A stretch of 64,000 nucleotides of DNA from a bacterium (GCA_963693055.1 OY843751.1:5408001-5472000); one strand, 5' to 3'; positions 29,695 through 39,481 are shown, counted from the stretch's first letter. Translations and numbers: made by a program. Notes: generated from the sequence alone by a model not told the origin.

Positions 29695-31263
29695 ATGGCA
29701 GAATCGGCCCGTTCTAAAAAAAACAGCACATCATCAGATTCTTTTAGCAAAAAATTATCGATTCTGATTGAAATAAACAGAGCGCTGGGACGAACCCTGG
29801 ATCTTCAACAGGGACTCAAAGCAGCATTGCAAATCCTTGAAGATAAGTATAATATAAAATCCGGAGCAGTTTTCCTGACAGACGATAATGATTCAACCCT
29901 CGATATGGCTACGTCTATCGGTTATCGTGCCGAACTGGCTAAAACCAAATTCAAGCTGGGCGAGGGACTTACAGGCCGCGTTGCAGAAACCGGCAAACCC
30001 ATCATTGTGCCTCAGGTAAGCAAAGAACCCCTGTTCCTGAATCGTATGAGCTCATGGAATCCGGAAAAAGACCGCGAGCAGTCTTTTGTGGGTGTGCCCA
30101 TTGAACTGGATTACCGCACATTGGGCGTTCTGATCGTAAACCTGCCTTACACACCCCGCAGGGATTATGACCAAACGGCTAAATTCCTTATCCTTGTTGC
30201 ATCAGCTCTTGTACAGCCCATTCGCTTACGTCGGGTTATTGAACAGGAGCGTCAACGCCTGATCGATGAAAATGTAATGCTGAAACAAAAACTGCAGGAA
30301 GAGCACAGCTTTCAAAATATTATTGGCACCAGTCACGAAATGCGTGACGTTTACGAAAAAGTAACTCAAGTAGCCAGGGCAAACACAACTGTATTGATCC
30401 GCGGTGAATCAGGTACCGGCAAAGAACTTATTGCACAAGCTATACATTACAACTCGCTCCGCAATGAAAAACCATTCATACGCGTCAATTGCGCGGCTAT
30501 TCCTGAGAATCTGATTGAATCCGAATTTTTCGGATACGAAAAAGGTGCATTTACCGGAGCGGTTGCCCGTAAAAAAGGCCGTTTTGAGCTGGCTGATGGC
30601 GGTACCATCTTTTTGGATGAAATTGGAGATCTAACCCCCATGACACAGGTCAAATTGCTGCGTGTACTCCAAGAGCAAGAATTTGAGCGTGTTGGCGGAA
30701 CTGAAACCATTCGTGTGGATGTACGGGTTATAACGGCTACCAATGCAGATCTGGAAAAGCTCATGCACGAAAATATTTTTCGCGAAGATCTCTATTATCG
30801 ACTCAATGTCTTTTCTATATTATTGCCTCCATTGAGAGAAAGACACGAAGATATTCTACTTTTGGCAGACCACTTTATGCTCAAATACGGCAGACAACAA
30901 AGCAAATCCATCAAACGCATCTCAACACCTGCAATTGACATGCTGATGCGTTACCACTGGCCGGGAAACGTCCGTGAGCTGGAAAACGTTGTTGAACGCG
31001 CGGTCCTGGTTTGCGACGATCAGGTTATTCACAGCTATCATCTGCCACCTACATTACAAACCGCGGAAAGCAGCGGCACCGTTGCCCGCTTGTCTTTGGA
31101 TGAATCCATTTCCAATTATGAAAAAGAGATCATTCAGGATACATTAAAAACCACACGTGGAAACCGGGCCAAAGCAGCGCGCCTGCTAAAGACAACCGAG
31201 CGGATTATGGGTTATAAAATTTCAAAATATGAAATTGATGTTACAAGATATAAAAATTTATAA
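29695..31263 (+). CDS. NifA/AnfA-like sigma54-dependent activator (GAF-AAA+-Fis HTH)
   Basis: GAF domain ([15 protein letters not shown]), [41 protein letters not shown]; no receiver domain. Confidence 0.92.
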   Translation: MAESARSKKNSTSSDSFSKKLSILIEINRALGRTLDLQQGLKAALQILEDKYNIKSGAVFLTDDNDSTLDMATSIGYRAELAKTKFKLGEGLTGRVAETGKPIIVPQVSKEPLFLNRMSSWNPEKDREQSFVGVPIELDYRTLGVLIVNLPYTPRRDYDQTAKFLILVASALVQPIRLRRVIEQERQRLIDENVMLKQKLQEEHSFQNIIGTSHEMRDVYEKVTQVARANTTVLIRGESGTGKELIAQAIHYNSLRNEKPFIRVNCAAIPENLIESEFFGYEKGAFTGAVARKKGRFELADGGTIFLDEIGDLTPMTQVKLLRVLQEQEFERVGGTETIRVDVRVITATNADLEKLMHENIFREDLYYRLNVFSILLPPLRERHEDILLLADHFMLKYGRQQSKSIKRISTPAIDMLMRYHWPGNVRELENVVERAVLVCDDQVIHSYHLPPTLQTAESSGTVARLSLDESISNYEKEIIQDTLKTTRGNRAKAARLLKTTERIMGYKISKYEIDVTRYKNL

Positions 31264-31347
31264 TTTTTTTTGAAACTTTTTGAAATTTCCGGCATCTTAT
31301 TATTAAATAATAACAATAACGATTACTAATAAAAGAGGGAATTTAAA

Positions 31348-31998
31348 ATGGAACAAGAAACTGTACAAACACCCAGTCTGCCAAGAATCAATGAACCCGC
31401 ACCAGATTTTACCGCAAAAACCACCCATGGAGATATCAAACTTTCTTCTTTGAAAGGCAAATGGGTTGTGCTCTTTTCACATCCGGCAGATTTTACTCCC
31501 GTATGTACAACAGAGTTTATGGCTTTTGCAAAAAAGAATGATGATTTTAAAAAGCTCAACACCCAGGTTATAGGCCTTAGTATTGACAGCTTGTACTCAC
31601 ATATCGCGTGGGTTAAAAGCATTAAAGCTAATTTTGATGTAGATATTCCGTTCCCCATCATTGAAGACCTGAAAATGGATGTTGCCACCAAATACGGTAT
31701 GATCCATCCGGGAGCAGCAGATACTTCAGCCGTACGCGCAGTTTTTGTAATTGACGACAAGGGTATTATGCGCGCAATGGTTTACTATCCATTATCAAAC
31801 GGACGCAGTATTGATGAAATTTATCGTCTTGTTCAGGCATTGCAAACATCAGATAAAAACGGTGTAGCGACACCTGAAAACTGGAAACCCGGTGAAAAAG
31901 TGATTGTTCCTCCACCATTGACCCAGGAAGCTGCCGACAAACGCAAAGATGAAGGTTACGATTATACAGACTGGTATTTCAGCAAAAAGCAGTTATAA
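31348..31998 (+). CDS. Peroxiredoxin (1-Cys/Prx6-type)
   Basis: FSHPADFTPVCTTE, GRSIDE, ATPENWKPG; single Cys. Confidence 0.92.
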   Translation: MEQETVQTPSLPRINEPAPDFTAKTTHGDIKLSSLKGKWVVLFSHPADFTPVCTTEFMAFAKKNDDFKKLNTQVIGLSIDSLYSHIAWVKSIKANFDVDIPFPIIEDLKMDVATKYGMIHPGAADTSAVRAVFVIDDKGIMRAMVYYPLSNGRSIDEIYRLVQALQTSDKNGVATPENWKPGEKVIVPPPLTQEAADKRKDEGYDYTDWYFSKKQL

Positions 31999-32032
31999 GC
32001 AATACTCCCCAATAGACTACTATTTCCTACTC

Positions 32033-32063
32033 AAAAAACCCGCAATTTTGATTGCGGGTTTTT
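32033..32063 (+). terminator. Intrinsic terminator
   Basis: AAAAAACCCGCAAT-tttg-ATTGCGGGTTTTT. Confidence 0.85.
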
Positions 32064-32183
32064 CATTACCCCTTAATCTCTATTAAAAAATCTTTTTTCA
32101 TTGTAATAATGATTTCTTATTTTAACCAACAGGGGATCACCAAACATCCCAAAATAGAATCATCAACAAACATAGGGGTTTTT

Positions 32184-33242
32184 ATGAATCTTAAAGCAGT
32201 AAAAATACTTGCGCTTACAGGATTATTGTTTTACACATCCGCATTTGCCGTCAATTCCACAGCAAGGTATCTGCTATGGCAGCCATCCGCCAGAGCAATC
32301 GCAATGGGTGGTGCCGGCAATACTGTATCGAACGGAGTATTCGCAACATTTTATAATCCCGCATCTCTGGCGTTTTTGAAAAAATTTCACTACAGCAGCT
32401 CATACGGTAAGCCTATTCCGTTTTTGACTCATACAGCACATGCATTGGATGCTGTATCCTATTCTTTTGATAAAATTGGTACAATCGGTTTTACCTACAA
32501 CCGTTACTGGCAGGAAGCTCAACTCCTCACCAATGAATCTGGGCCGGAGGGCTTGGGTGGAACCGGATACGCATATAATTATTGGCAGCCTTCTCATTGG
32601 CAGCTAAAACTGTCTTATGCAGCACTGCTTTCCAAAAATCTGGCTTTTGGTATCAGCTCAAGTGTTTTGAGAATTAAACTCTCCAGTATTGGCGCAGGAA
32701 GGGAAATGGGAAGTGGAGAAACCTGGGCTTTTCTGTTTGATGGAGGATTACTTTACAGAAATATTCTTACAAAGTCAACCTGGCATCCAAAATATGACCA
32801 CCAATATGAGATGTTTAAAAAATGGGCACCACCAAAACCTGATAATGGTATGGCAATTGGTATTTCCATCAGCAATGCAGGTATGGGCATCGCTTATATT
32901 GATGAGAGGCAAAAAGACAATCCACCCACTATTGCAACTCTGGGTTTATCATATTGCCCGATATCTTCTCCACTAATATCACTTTTGATTGCTGCTGATT
33001 TTGACAAGGAAATATTCGAAGAATCAACCTTGGACTATATACACATGGGAAATGAAATACGTTTTCTTGATGTCTTTGCCGTACAAACCGGATATTTCCT
33101 GGACACCTTTGAACCCAACACATCTTACTTTACCTGGGGGCTGGGTTTTGTAAGCAAGTATGCTTCAGTGTATCTGGCCAGGTTCAAGAGAGCATATTTA
33201 CCGTCTACCTATCTGGATTTCAATTTATCATTGGAGTTTTAA
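32184..33242 (+). CDS. PorV/PorQ-family outer-membrane protein
   Basis: Signal peptide, L...PSARAIAMGGA, FYNPASLA, FDGGLLY, C-terminal F; start trimmed to ATG 32184. Confidence 0.8.
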   Translation: MNLKAVKILALTGLLFYTSAFAVNSTARYLLWQPSARAIAMGGAGNTVSNGVFATFYNPASLAFLKKFHYSSSYGKPIPFLTHTAHALDAVSYSFDKIGTIGFTYNRYWQEAQLLTNESGPEGLGGTGYAYNYWQPSHWQLKLSYAALLSKNLAFGISSSVLRIKLSSIGAGREMGSGETWAFLFDGGLLYRNILTKSTWHPKYDHQYEMFKKWAPPKPDNGMAIGISISNAGMGIAYIDERQKDNPPTIATLGLSYCPISSPLISLLIAADFDKEIFEESTLDYIHMGNEIRFLDVFAVQTGYFLDTFEPNTSYFTWGLGFVSKYASVYLARFKRAYLPSTYLDFNLSLEF

Positions 33243-33243
33243 T

Positions 33244-33648
33244 ATGAAAAGATCAATTATTTTAATAGTAATACTATTGTCAACTATTTCCTTTCTTTCT
33301 TGTACTGATAATACCATAGAAGTTCTGACAGGGATTCAGGACGGAAAAGAGCTTGATGAGGGAGCGTCCGTACCCTTTGAACTCGCGCAAAATTATCCCA
33401 ATCCTTTCAATCCATCCACATCAATACATTATTTTGTCTCGCGCGAAATGCATCTTGAAATGCATGTATATTCAGATGACTGGCAAAAAGTTGCCACATT
33501 ATTAGACGAAACAAAACCAAAAGGATATTACGTTGTTCTTTTTGGAGACGGACGGTCAGAGGACAAACCTATTCCAAGCGGCGATTATTATTATACACTC
33601 GAAGGAGATGGGATAGTTTTGATTCGAAGAATGAAATTGATTAAATAA
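33244..33648 (+). CDS. Small lipoprotein consisting mostly of a T9SS type A sorting (CTD)-like domain
   Basis: MKR..FLSC lipobox; LAQNYPNPFNPSTSI..PSGDYYYTL..RRMKLIK; start at ATG 33244. Confidence 0.75.
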   Translation: MKRSIILIVILLSTISFLSCTDNTIEVLTGIQDGKELDEGASVPFELAQNYPNPFNPSTSIHYFVSREMHLEMHVYSDDWQKVATLLDETKPKGYYVVLFGDGRSEDKPIPSGDYYYTLEGDGIVLIRRMKLIK

Positions 33649-33691
33649 AAAACCTTTTTTAGGCAGTATTATAAGCGCTCCCCAGGCAGGA

Positions 33692-33970
33692 TAGACTGTG
33701 TGAAAATTAGAAAAAAAAGTGTTTTTGGAGTGCATCGCGTTTATGCGATGCGTCGGACCAAAGGTCCGAAATAAATCTGCTTTTATTCTCAAATATCAAG
33801 TAATTTTAGTGTCATTATAAGTTCAATGTTTTTATAAATATACAATCTTGTCAAGGCCGTCTTCGACGGCCCGCATTCCTTAAAAGTAATGCACTCCACC
33901 TATTTTATATTAAATTTTAAAAACGCTATATTATTTATTTCATTAATATGATTCAATTTCACACAATCTG
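33692..33970. mobile_element. MITE (non-autonomous IS derivative) with 4-bp target-site duplication
   Basis: Terminal inverted repeats AGACTGTGTGAAA / TTTCACACAATCT (12 of 13 match); AGGA duplicated at 33688-33691 and 33971-33974; no credible gene inside; internal hairpins. Confidence 0.75.
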
Positions 33971-33999
33971 AGGAGCCTGGGTACCAGAAAAGAGACGAT

Positions 34000-34057
34000 G
34001 CCGACCTCTGAGTGATCCGTACACCGGGTGGTGTACGGATCGTATCATAGGACCGGC
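34000..34057. repeat. REP-like long imperfect palindrome (TGAGTG...CGTATC family)
   Basis: Perfect core GATCCGTACACC-gggt-GGTGTACGGATC flanked by GCCG..TGAGT / GTATC..CCGGC; related elements in reverse orientation at ~36347-36394 and ~37852-37903. Confidence 0.6.
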
Positions 34058-34077
34058 GAATTAACCGAAATACTGAT

Positions 34078-34431
34078 TTACTTTTTAATCCACATACTTT
34101 TGTCTACTGTCATCTTTTTCGTAAAAGCCTCTGCACCCTGCTCACGGATCATCTGAATACCCGCAGCGCGGTCATACCTGAATATCAAAGAAAAGAACCG
34201 GTCAATGCCACCATTTATTTTCTTACATGCAGATGTGTCCGCATAGGTTTCACAATCCGCACAAGTGGTATAACTGCGGTCGATACAGCAATTCCGGATT
34301 TTGCATTTGGCTTTTTTCAATGTCTCTGCACAACCCTCACACTTGCCCTTTAAATACGCTTTACACGCGCCACAATACAATCCGCATTTGGTAACCAGAC
34401 TTGCATCCGCAACAATGTCTTTCATAGTCAA
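34078..34431 (-). CDS. DUF3795-like cysteine-rich protein
   Basis: CGLYCGAC..CEGC..CKIRNCC..TCADC; GAGGAG RBS. Confidence 0.8.
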   Translation of the reverse strand: MTMKDIVADASLVTKCGLYCGACKAYLKGKCEGCAETLKKAKCKIRNCCIDRSYTTCADCETYADTSACKKINGGIDRFFSLIFRYDRAAGIQMIREQGAEAFTKKMTVDKSMWIKK

Positions 34432-34445
34432 TACTCCTCGACTTA

Positions 34446-35570
34446 TTATCCCGCCTTGTTTACAATTTTTTTCAGTTTGGAATATTTTGATATTAATTTG
34501 CCGGCTGCAACGTCTGCCTCTGTAAAGCTTGCCATCATTATTTCCATTTGGTCTTTTCTTGAAAAATCGTAAATGATATGTATAGTCCCATCTGCTGCCT
34601 GTTTGCCATCAGGATACGATATACTCTCCCGCTCGTCCAAAAGTAGTCCGCCATACCATGAAGCACCATCATCATCAGACAAATATGCCGTGAGATGAGA
34701 TCGCCCGGTCTGTTCATCCAAGGGTCCATGTTTTACCAACAACAGTTTACCGGAATCCAACCGACGTATAAAAAACCTTGCTGCCGGATGCTGAATGGAT
34801 GATGGAGTCAATTCCGGCCAGGTTTCACCTTTATCTGTGGAAACACTTTCGCCAATACCGTATCGGGTACGGGCCAGTAACCACAAGGAACCATCCGTTT
34901 TTTCTATGATCATGTGCTCATCAAAGCTCCGCACTTTTTCAGGGACATTGCAGCCACCCCGGACCGTCCAGGTTTCACCCTTGTCTGTGGATACCACTAC
35001 TCTGGCACTGTTGTCGGCTTTGCGCCAGGTGGATGCAGGTAGCACCCATTCACCAGAGCCCAACACGGTGGGCTTGCACATCATCACCCCATCGGTTAAA
35101 CGCTGTGGAGCTGACCAGTTGGGCTTTGCTTCACCCGGATTCTCTGTGGTCATGGCCCATACGCCGCCTATGGTTCCATCGTGACCAATCGCTTGTGCCC
35201 AGAACGCCCACAGCTTGCCGGTGGGATCAATCCACAATTCCGGATCAAAAACACGCACGGGCCCCGAAACATCCGGATCAACAATATGAGAGATCTGCCA
35301 ATTCTCTCCGTCGCCGCTGGTCATAACAACCACATAGTTATTACTGTCTTCCGCAGCGGTTGGGCCCGCATACCATGTTGCCCACATACGCCCATTTTCG
35401 GCAACTTCAATACTGGGAATGCCCTGAAAAGTACGATTGGATTCCAGGTAATAGTCGGTTACATTGCTAATGACTTTTGGCGTCTCTAAAAAAGCCTTTT
35501 TCGTTGTGTTTGAACTGCAAAAAATCAATACGGGCAAAAAAATCAGGATACTCCATTTCACTGTTTTCAT
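34446..35570 (-). CDS. BNR/Asp-box sialidase-like protein
   Basis: Signal or lipobox, FQGIP, Asp-boxes STDKGETW (two copies) and SDDDGASW, SYPD. Confidence 0.82.
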   Translation of the reverse strand: MKTVKWSILIFLPVLIFCSSNTTKKAFLETPKVISNVTDYYLESNRTFQGIPSIEVAENGRMWATWYAGPTAAEDSNNYVVVMTSGDGENWQISHIVDPDVSGPVRVFDPELWIDPTGKLWAFWAQAIGHDGTIGGVWAMTTENPGEAKPNWSAPQRLTDGVMMCKPTVLGSGEWVLPASTWRKADNSARVVVSTDKGETWTVRGGCNVPEKVRSFDEHMIIEKTDGSLWLLARTRYGIGESVSTDKGETWPELTPSSIQHPAARFFIRRLDSGKLLLVKHGPLDEQTGRSHLTAYLSDDDGASWYGGLLLDERESISYPDGKQAADGTIHIIYDFSRKDQMEIMMASFTEADVAAGKLISKYSKLKKIVNKAG

Positions 35571-35581
35571 ATCAGTCCTTT

Positions 35582-35992
35582 TTATTTATGTAATTGTTTA
35601 TAAATCAACCAGGGTGCCGCAGCAAGGAACAATAAAAATAAACCCCATGTACGACCACGGAGCAAGTTATAATCCGCCAGCAAGGTTTGAATGGAATTAC
35701 CCATTACCAGACTGCCAAACACAAATTCAAATGCAATGGTTAGCACCAGCCATAACATGCCTATACGCAGGGCATCCGGTTGTGTATGCGGGGCATGGGT
35801 GCGTTTCAAAAACAGCCACGCGGTAATCCAGATATAGATCCACGTGACCGGCAACAACACGGCACGAGCCAGGGTGCCATTCATGCCTGTTATCGGAATA
35901 AACACAGCTTCCCGAAAAGCCCCATACATGACAGTCAACACTGCCAGCATACACCATACACCCAATGCCTGATAATAGATCCTATGATTCAA
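35582..35992 (-). CDS. Hypothetical integral membrane protein (4 TM)
   Basis: Hydrophobic; GAFRE, IGMLW..AFEFVFG and LLADYNL..GR pattern of a conserved unknown family. Confidence 0.7.
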   Translation of the reverse strand: MNHRIYYQALGVWCMLAVLTVMYGAFREAVFIPITGMNGTLARAVLLPVTWIYIWITAWLFLKRTHAPHTQPDALRIGMLWLVLTIAFEFVFGSLVMGNSIQTLLADYNLLRGRTWGLFLLFLAAAPWLIYKQLHK

Positions 35993-36143
35993 CGGCCTGC
36001 TCCGCTCCAGATATCAGAATAATATTTATAGTATTAAATTAATATATCAATTCTGGGATTAATAACCAAAATAAAATGGTGTCGAGGACGGGCTGTTTAA
36101 AAGGGTGGGAACGCAAACCCAGTCCTATAAATCCTATTAATAA

Positions 36144-36667
36144 TAATTCAGACAAAGACCAAACGCAAAGGACGCCAAAGATTCGCAGATGTCGCAAAGG
36201 AAAAACAAAAAAGATACACTGGTAAAAGCCAGAGGATCAGAGTAAATTTATATTGAATTCATGGGCGGGAACAGTCTGAGACCGTTCCCTACTATGAAAA
36301 TTTTCTTTCGTAATTTTTCGTATGTTTCGTGGGTAAAAATAAACGCGGTTGCTTCGATACGCTCGTCAGCATTACGGACTTGCACTCTGCAACCAGCTAC
36401 AACAATAAAAAAAGATCGAATCAAGGTAATCCTATAATCTTTTTTATCATGGTCTTTAAGCTCATTCATCCTAATTCAGACAAAAAACAAACGCAAAGGA
36501 CGCCAAGGCTTCGCAGAGGGCGCAAAGGAAAGATAAAAAGGGTACACTGGCAAAAGCCTGAGGACCAGAGTAAATCTATATTGACTTCATAGTAGGGAAC
36601 GGTCTGAGACCGTTCCCTACATGAAAATTTTCTTTCGTAATTTTTCGTATGTTTCGTGGGTAAAAAT
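36144..36667. repeat. Composite 328-bp tandem repeat (1.6 copies) with a central GTAGGGAAC palindrome
   Basis: 36144-36340 aligns with 36472-36667; palindromes at 36264-36292 (degenerate) and 36592-36620 (GTAGGGAACGGTC-tga-GACCGTTCCCTAC). Confidence 0.9.
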
Positions 36668-36716
36668 TTTCAAGCCACGGATCCACACAGATGTTCACGG
36701 ATAAACAAATTGAATA

Positions 36717-37733
36717 TTAATGATTTTGATACTCTACCCTGCCAATAGAAAAGAAAAAATCATTCCATAGGTTTTTATTGTATTCAGTTGTTTTGTCTGA
36801 AAGATTTAAATCTTCAATTAAAAACAAATCTCCCCCGCTATTATATTTTGCAATTATTTTAGACATGTTCAACTCTAGCATAATAGGAGTTTCATCTTTT
36901 TTATAACGATTTTGCCAATAAATCCAATACATTCTATGGTTCTGAGATGCATTATAAGCAGAAAGCGATACAAATTTAAAACCGCATGCAATACAATCTG
37001 CATAAGGGGGCTTTTGCGTTACAAGCAAAGTATCTTCATTCTTTAATGCAATCTTGTATTCATTCAAGTCAGAAATAATTGTTTCAACATTATCGTGTTT
37101 AAATTCTTGTTGTGTATATTTTATATTTTCCGAATATTTTTGGTACTTTTCAGGAACACACGGTCTTTTCTTATAGTCCTCTTTGTAATAACGAATAAAA
37201 TAATCAGTCATTCCTTTAATTAGCTGAACATCCGCATATAACATCTTGTGTTGAACTCTATATCCTAAAATTGAAACAAATTTGTGTTTTGTAACAGAAA
37301 TATCTATCATTTTGTATAACAACGGAGTTCCATAATACCCTACCCCTATTTTCACAGTATTGTATGTACTTGAATAAAAATTAGAATAACCCAGGTCAAA
37401 TTCTATAGATGAATTATAATTTGTAGCAAACAAATCATTCATATGAAACTGCATATTATAAAACGAGTTGTTTAGATCCCAATAGTGCGCCAAAGAAATA
37501 TGACTCGGTAAAAAGTATACAAAATTATTCAATGATGTACCAATTACATCCTGATCGGTTAATCCATGAAACATTGAAAACTGTATGGAAGGTGTGCTAA
37601 AATTATTTCCGGAAAGATTCAAGCTCACCCGTAATTCATTTTCTCCTTTTAATAAAGGCCGTGGAGGTACAAAATTTTGTGTTGTACAGTTAATAAAAAG
37701 AAAAACTATTATTATACCCCAAATCTTGCTCAT
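36717..37733 (-). CDS. Hypothetical low-GC lipoprotein
   Basis: MSKIWGIIIVFLFINC lipobox; AAGGGGG RBS; about 30% GC in a sampled line; no family recognised. Confidence 0.65.
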   Translation of the reverse strand: MSKIWGIIIVFLFINCTTQNFVPPRPLLKGENELRVSLNLSGNNFSTPSIQFSMFHGLTDQDVIGTSLNNFVYFLPSHISLAHYWDLNNSFYNMQFHMNDLFATNYNSSIEFDLGYSNFYSSTYNTVKIGVGYYGTPLLYKMIDISVTKHKFVSILGYRVQHKMLYADVQLIKGMTDYFIRYYKEDYKKRPCVPEKYQKYSENIKYTQQEFKHDNVETIISDLNEYKIALKNEDTLLVTQKPPYADCIACGFKFVSLSAYNASQNHRMYWIYWQNRYKKDETPIMLELNMSKIIAKYNSGGDLFLIEDLNLSDKTTEYNKNLWNDFFFSIGRVEYQNH

Positions 37734-37771
37734 AACACCCCTTTTTCATACAACATTTTTAATAATCCACT

Positions 37772-38005
37772 GTAGGGAACTGTCTTAGACCGTTCCCTAC
37801 ATGAAAATATTCTTTCGTGCATGTTCTTGTATTTCGTGCGCCAATATAAACGCCGGTGCTTTTATACGCGTGTCAGCATTACTGCTCGCACTCTGCAACC
37901 GGCCACAACAATCAAAGAATTGATCGAATCAAGGTAATCCTAAAATCCTATAAATCAGGGTCTTTAATCCCTTTAATCAAGGTCCTTAATCCTGAAAATC
38001 TGAGT
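37772..38005. repeat. Third, partial copy of the composite repeat plus an AATC tract
   Basis: GTAGGGAAC..GTTCCCTAC at 37772-37800, then sequence aligning to 36293-36460. Confidence 0.85.
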
Positions 38006-39460
38006 CTAGTTACCAACCACCTTGATCTTGCTGCCCGCTTTGAGAGACGCGTCCAGTTCCATTCCATTCAAAATAGCAAACTCGTCCAGTTTGTCCTCTG
38101 CAATTCCGTTCTTTTTCAGTTCCGCACGAAGCGTACTTGGTGTAGATACGGTTTTTACATGCAATGTCTTGGGTTTAACATTGAGCTTTGCCGGATCAGT
38201 CAACTTTTTAAAATGCCCCATGGTCCCGGTAAACGAGTTCTGGTAACCGTTAAAACTGGCCGTATCCGTAAAACCGTGAAATACATAAATTTTATTATCT
38301 TTTTGAATAAAGTAGGATACAACCTTGAGCTCGCTCTCTTCACTGGTAACTGTGCTGTATACACGCTGGGTTTTGTAATTGTTAACTGTAATAGCGTCAG
38401 ACGCGGTTATAGTTGCACCTGCGTTCTGCGTAAAAGACTGCGAGGCCGCCAAAGGAGTTGAAGAATTGTCCAACGTAAACATGATAGCTGCATTCTCTTG
38501 CGGAGATACCATTTGCACCTGCTCAGGAGTATTGTTCAATTTCCATTCCGAGGGTACGGGAAATGTGATCTGTAATTCGGGATGATAAAAGGCATTGCCG
38601 TCCACATACCCCTGGCGTGGATCTTCGCCAAAGGTGATCCCATCCACCTGTGCCAAATAGTTGTCGCGATTATAAACAAACTCCTTACCGGCAAGCTGGC
38701 TCTGCCATTCTTTGGTTTTGTTCCTGACCGCTTCAACACGATTCACAGGATTCGGGTGCGTGGAGAACCACTCTGGCAGGCCGCTGCCGTCTGAACTGGG
38801 ATGCATACGTTCAAGCGTATTGAAAAAATCTGCCATAGCCATCGAGTTATAGCCTGATCTTGAAGAATACTCTACACCCAAATCATCGGCTTGTCTTTCA
38901 TTATCTCGACTGTATTTCAAAAACAACATGCTCACACCAAACTGAGCTAGTCCCGCATAGTCGCGAAACTTTTCAGAAAAAATCATGCCTACACCCAAGC
39001 CTAGTTGTGCCAGTTGAGCACGGCTGTACTGTACCGCGGAATGTCGTGCGTTGACATGGCCCAGCTCATGCCCCAAAACGCCTGCAAACTCGGCTTCGTT
39101 ATTCAGATAGCCCAGAATACCCCGGGTAAAATAAACATATCCGCCGGGTACGGCAAACGCATTTACCACCGGTGTATCCAACACTTTGAATGTGTATGGC
39201 AGATTGGGACGGTGGGTTTTAACTGCCATCTCCTGCCCGAGCTTGTCCAGATATGCCGTTAATTCAGGATCATCATAAATGCCGTATGTCTCAATAATCT
39301 GCTGGTCGGTTTCTTTACCCAGCGCAATCTCATCGTTTTCAGTGAGTAGCATAAGCTCATGCTTGCCGGTTACCGGATTCACAGCACAAGAGATCAGCCA
39401 GGCTGTGAAAAAAAACAACGTGACTCCAACCAGTATATAGGCAACATTCCTTGCTTTCAT
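38006..39460 (-). CDS. M48 family metalloprotease lipoprotein
   Basis: ISCAVNPVTG, NAFAVPGG, HELGH, YSRDNERQAD, STHP. Confidence 0.92.
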   Translation of the reverse strand: MKARNVAYILVGVTLFFFTAWLISCAVNPVTGKHELMLLTENDEIALGKETDQQIIETYGIYDDPELTAYLDKLGQEMAVKTHRPNLPYTFKVLDTPVVNAFAVPGGYVYFTRGILGYLNNEAEFAGVLGHELGHVNARHSAVQYSRAQLAQLGLGVGMIFSEKFRDYAGLAQFGVSMLFLKYSRDNERQADDLGVEYSSRSGYNSMAMADFFNTLERMHPSSDGSGLPEWFSTHPNPVNRVEAVRNKTKEWQSQLAGKEFVYNRDNYLAQVDGITFGEDPRQGYVDGNAFYHPELQITFPVPSEWKLNNTPEQVQMVSPQENAAIMFTLDNSSTPLAASQSFTQNAGATITASDAITVNNYKTQRVYSTVTSEESELKVVSYFIQKDNKIYVFHGFTDTASFNGYQNSFTGTMGHFKKLTDPAKLNVKPKTLHVKTVSTPSTLRAELKKNGIAEDKLDEFAILNGMELDASLKAGSKIKVVGN

Positions 39461-39481
39461 TATCAATTCCCTCCAAATTTC

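Noticed and set aside
29695-31263. Calling the activator nifA and inferring nitrogen fixation
   Set aside because: No nif, anf or vnf genes in the window and no TGT-N10-ACA sites noticed at its apparent targets; domain architecture alone is insufficient
34008-34070. Hammerhead ribozyme (CTGAGTGA-stem)
   Set aside because: Core is not CUGANGA and the stem is not followed by GAAA; better explained as a REP-like palindrome
36144-38005. CRISPR array suggested by three 29-bp palindromic repeats
   Set aside because: Intervals are 299 bp and about 1150 bp and are themselves homologous or coding; no unique 30-40 bp spacers and no cas genes
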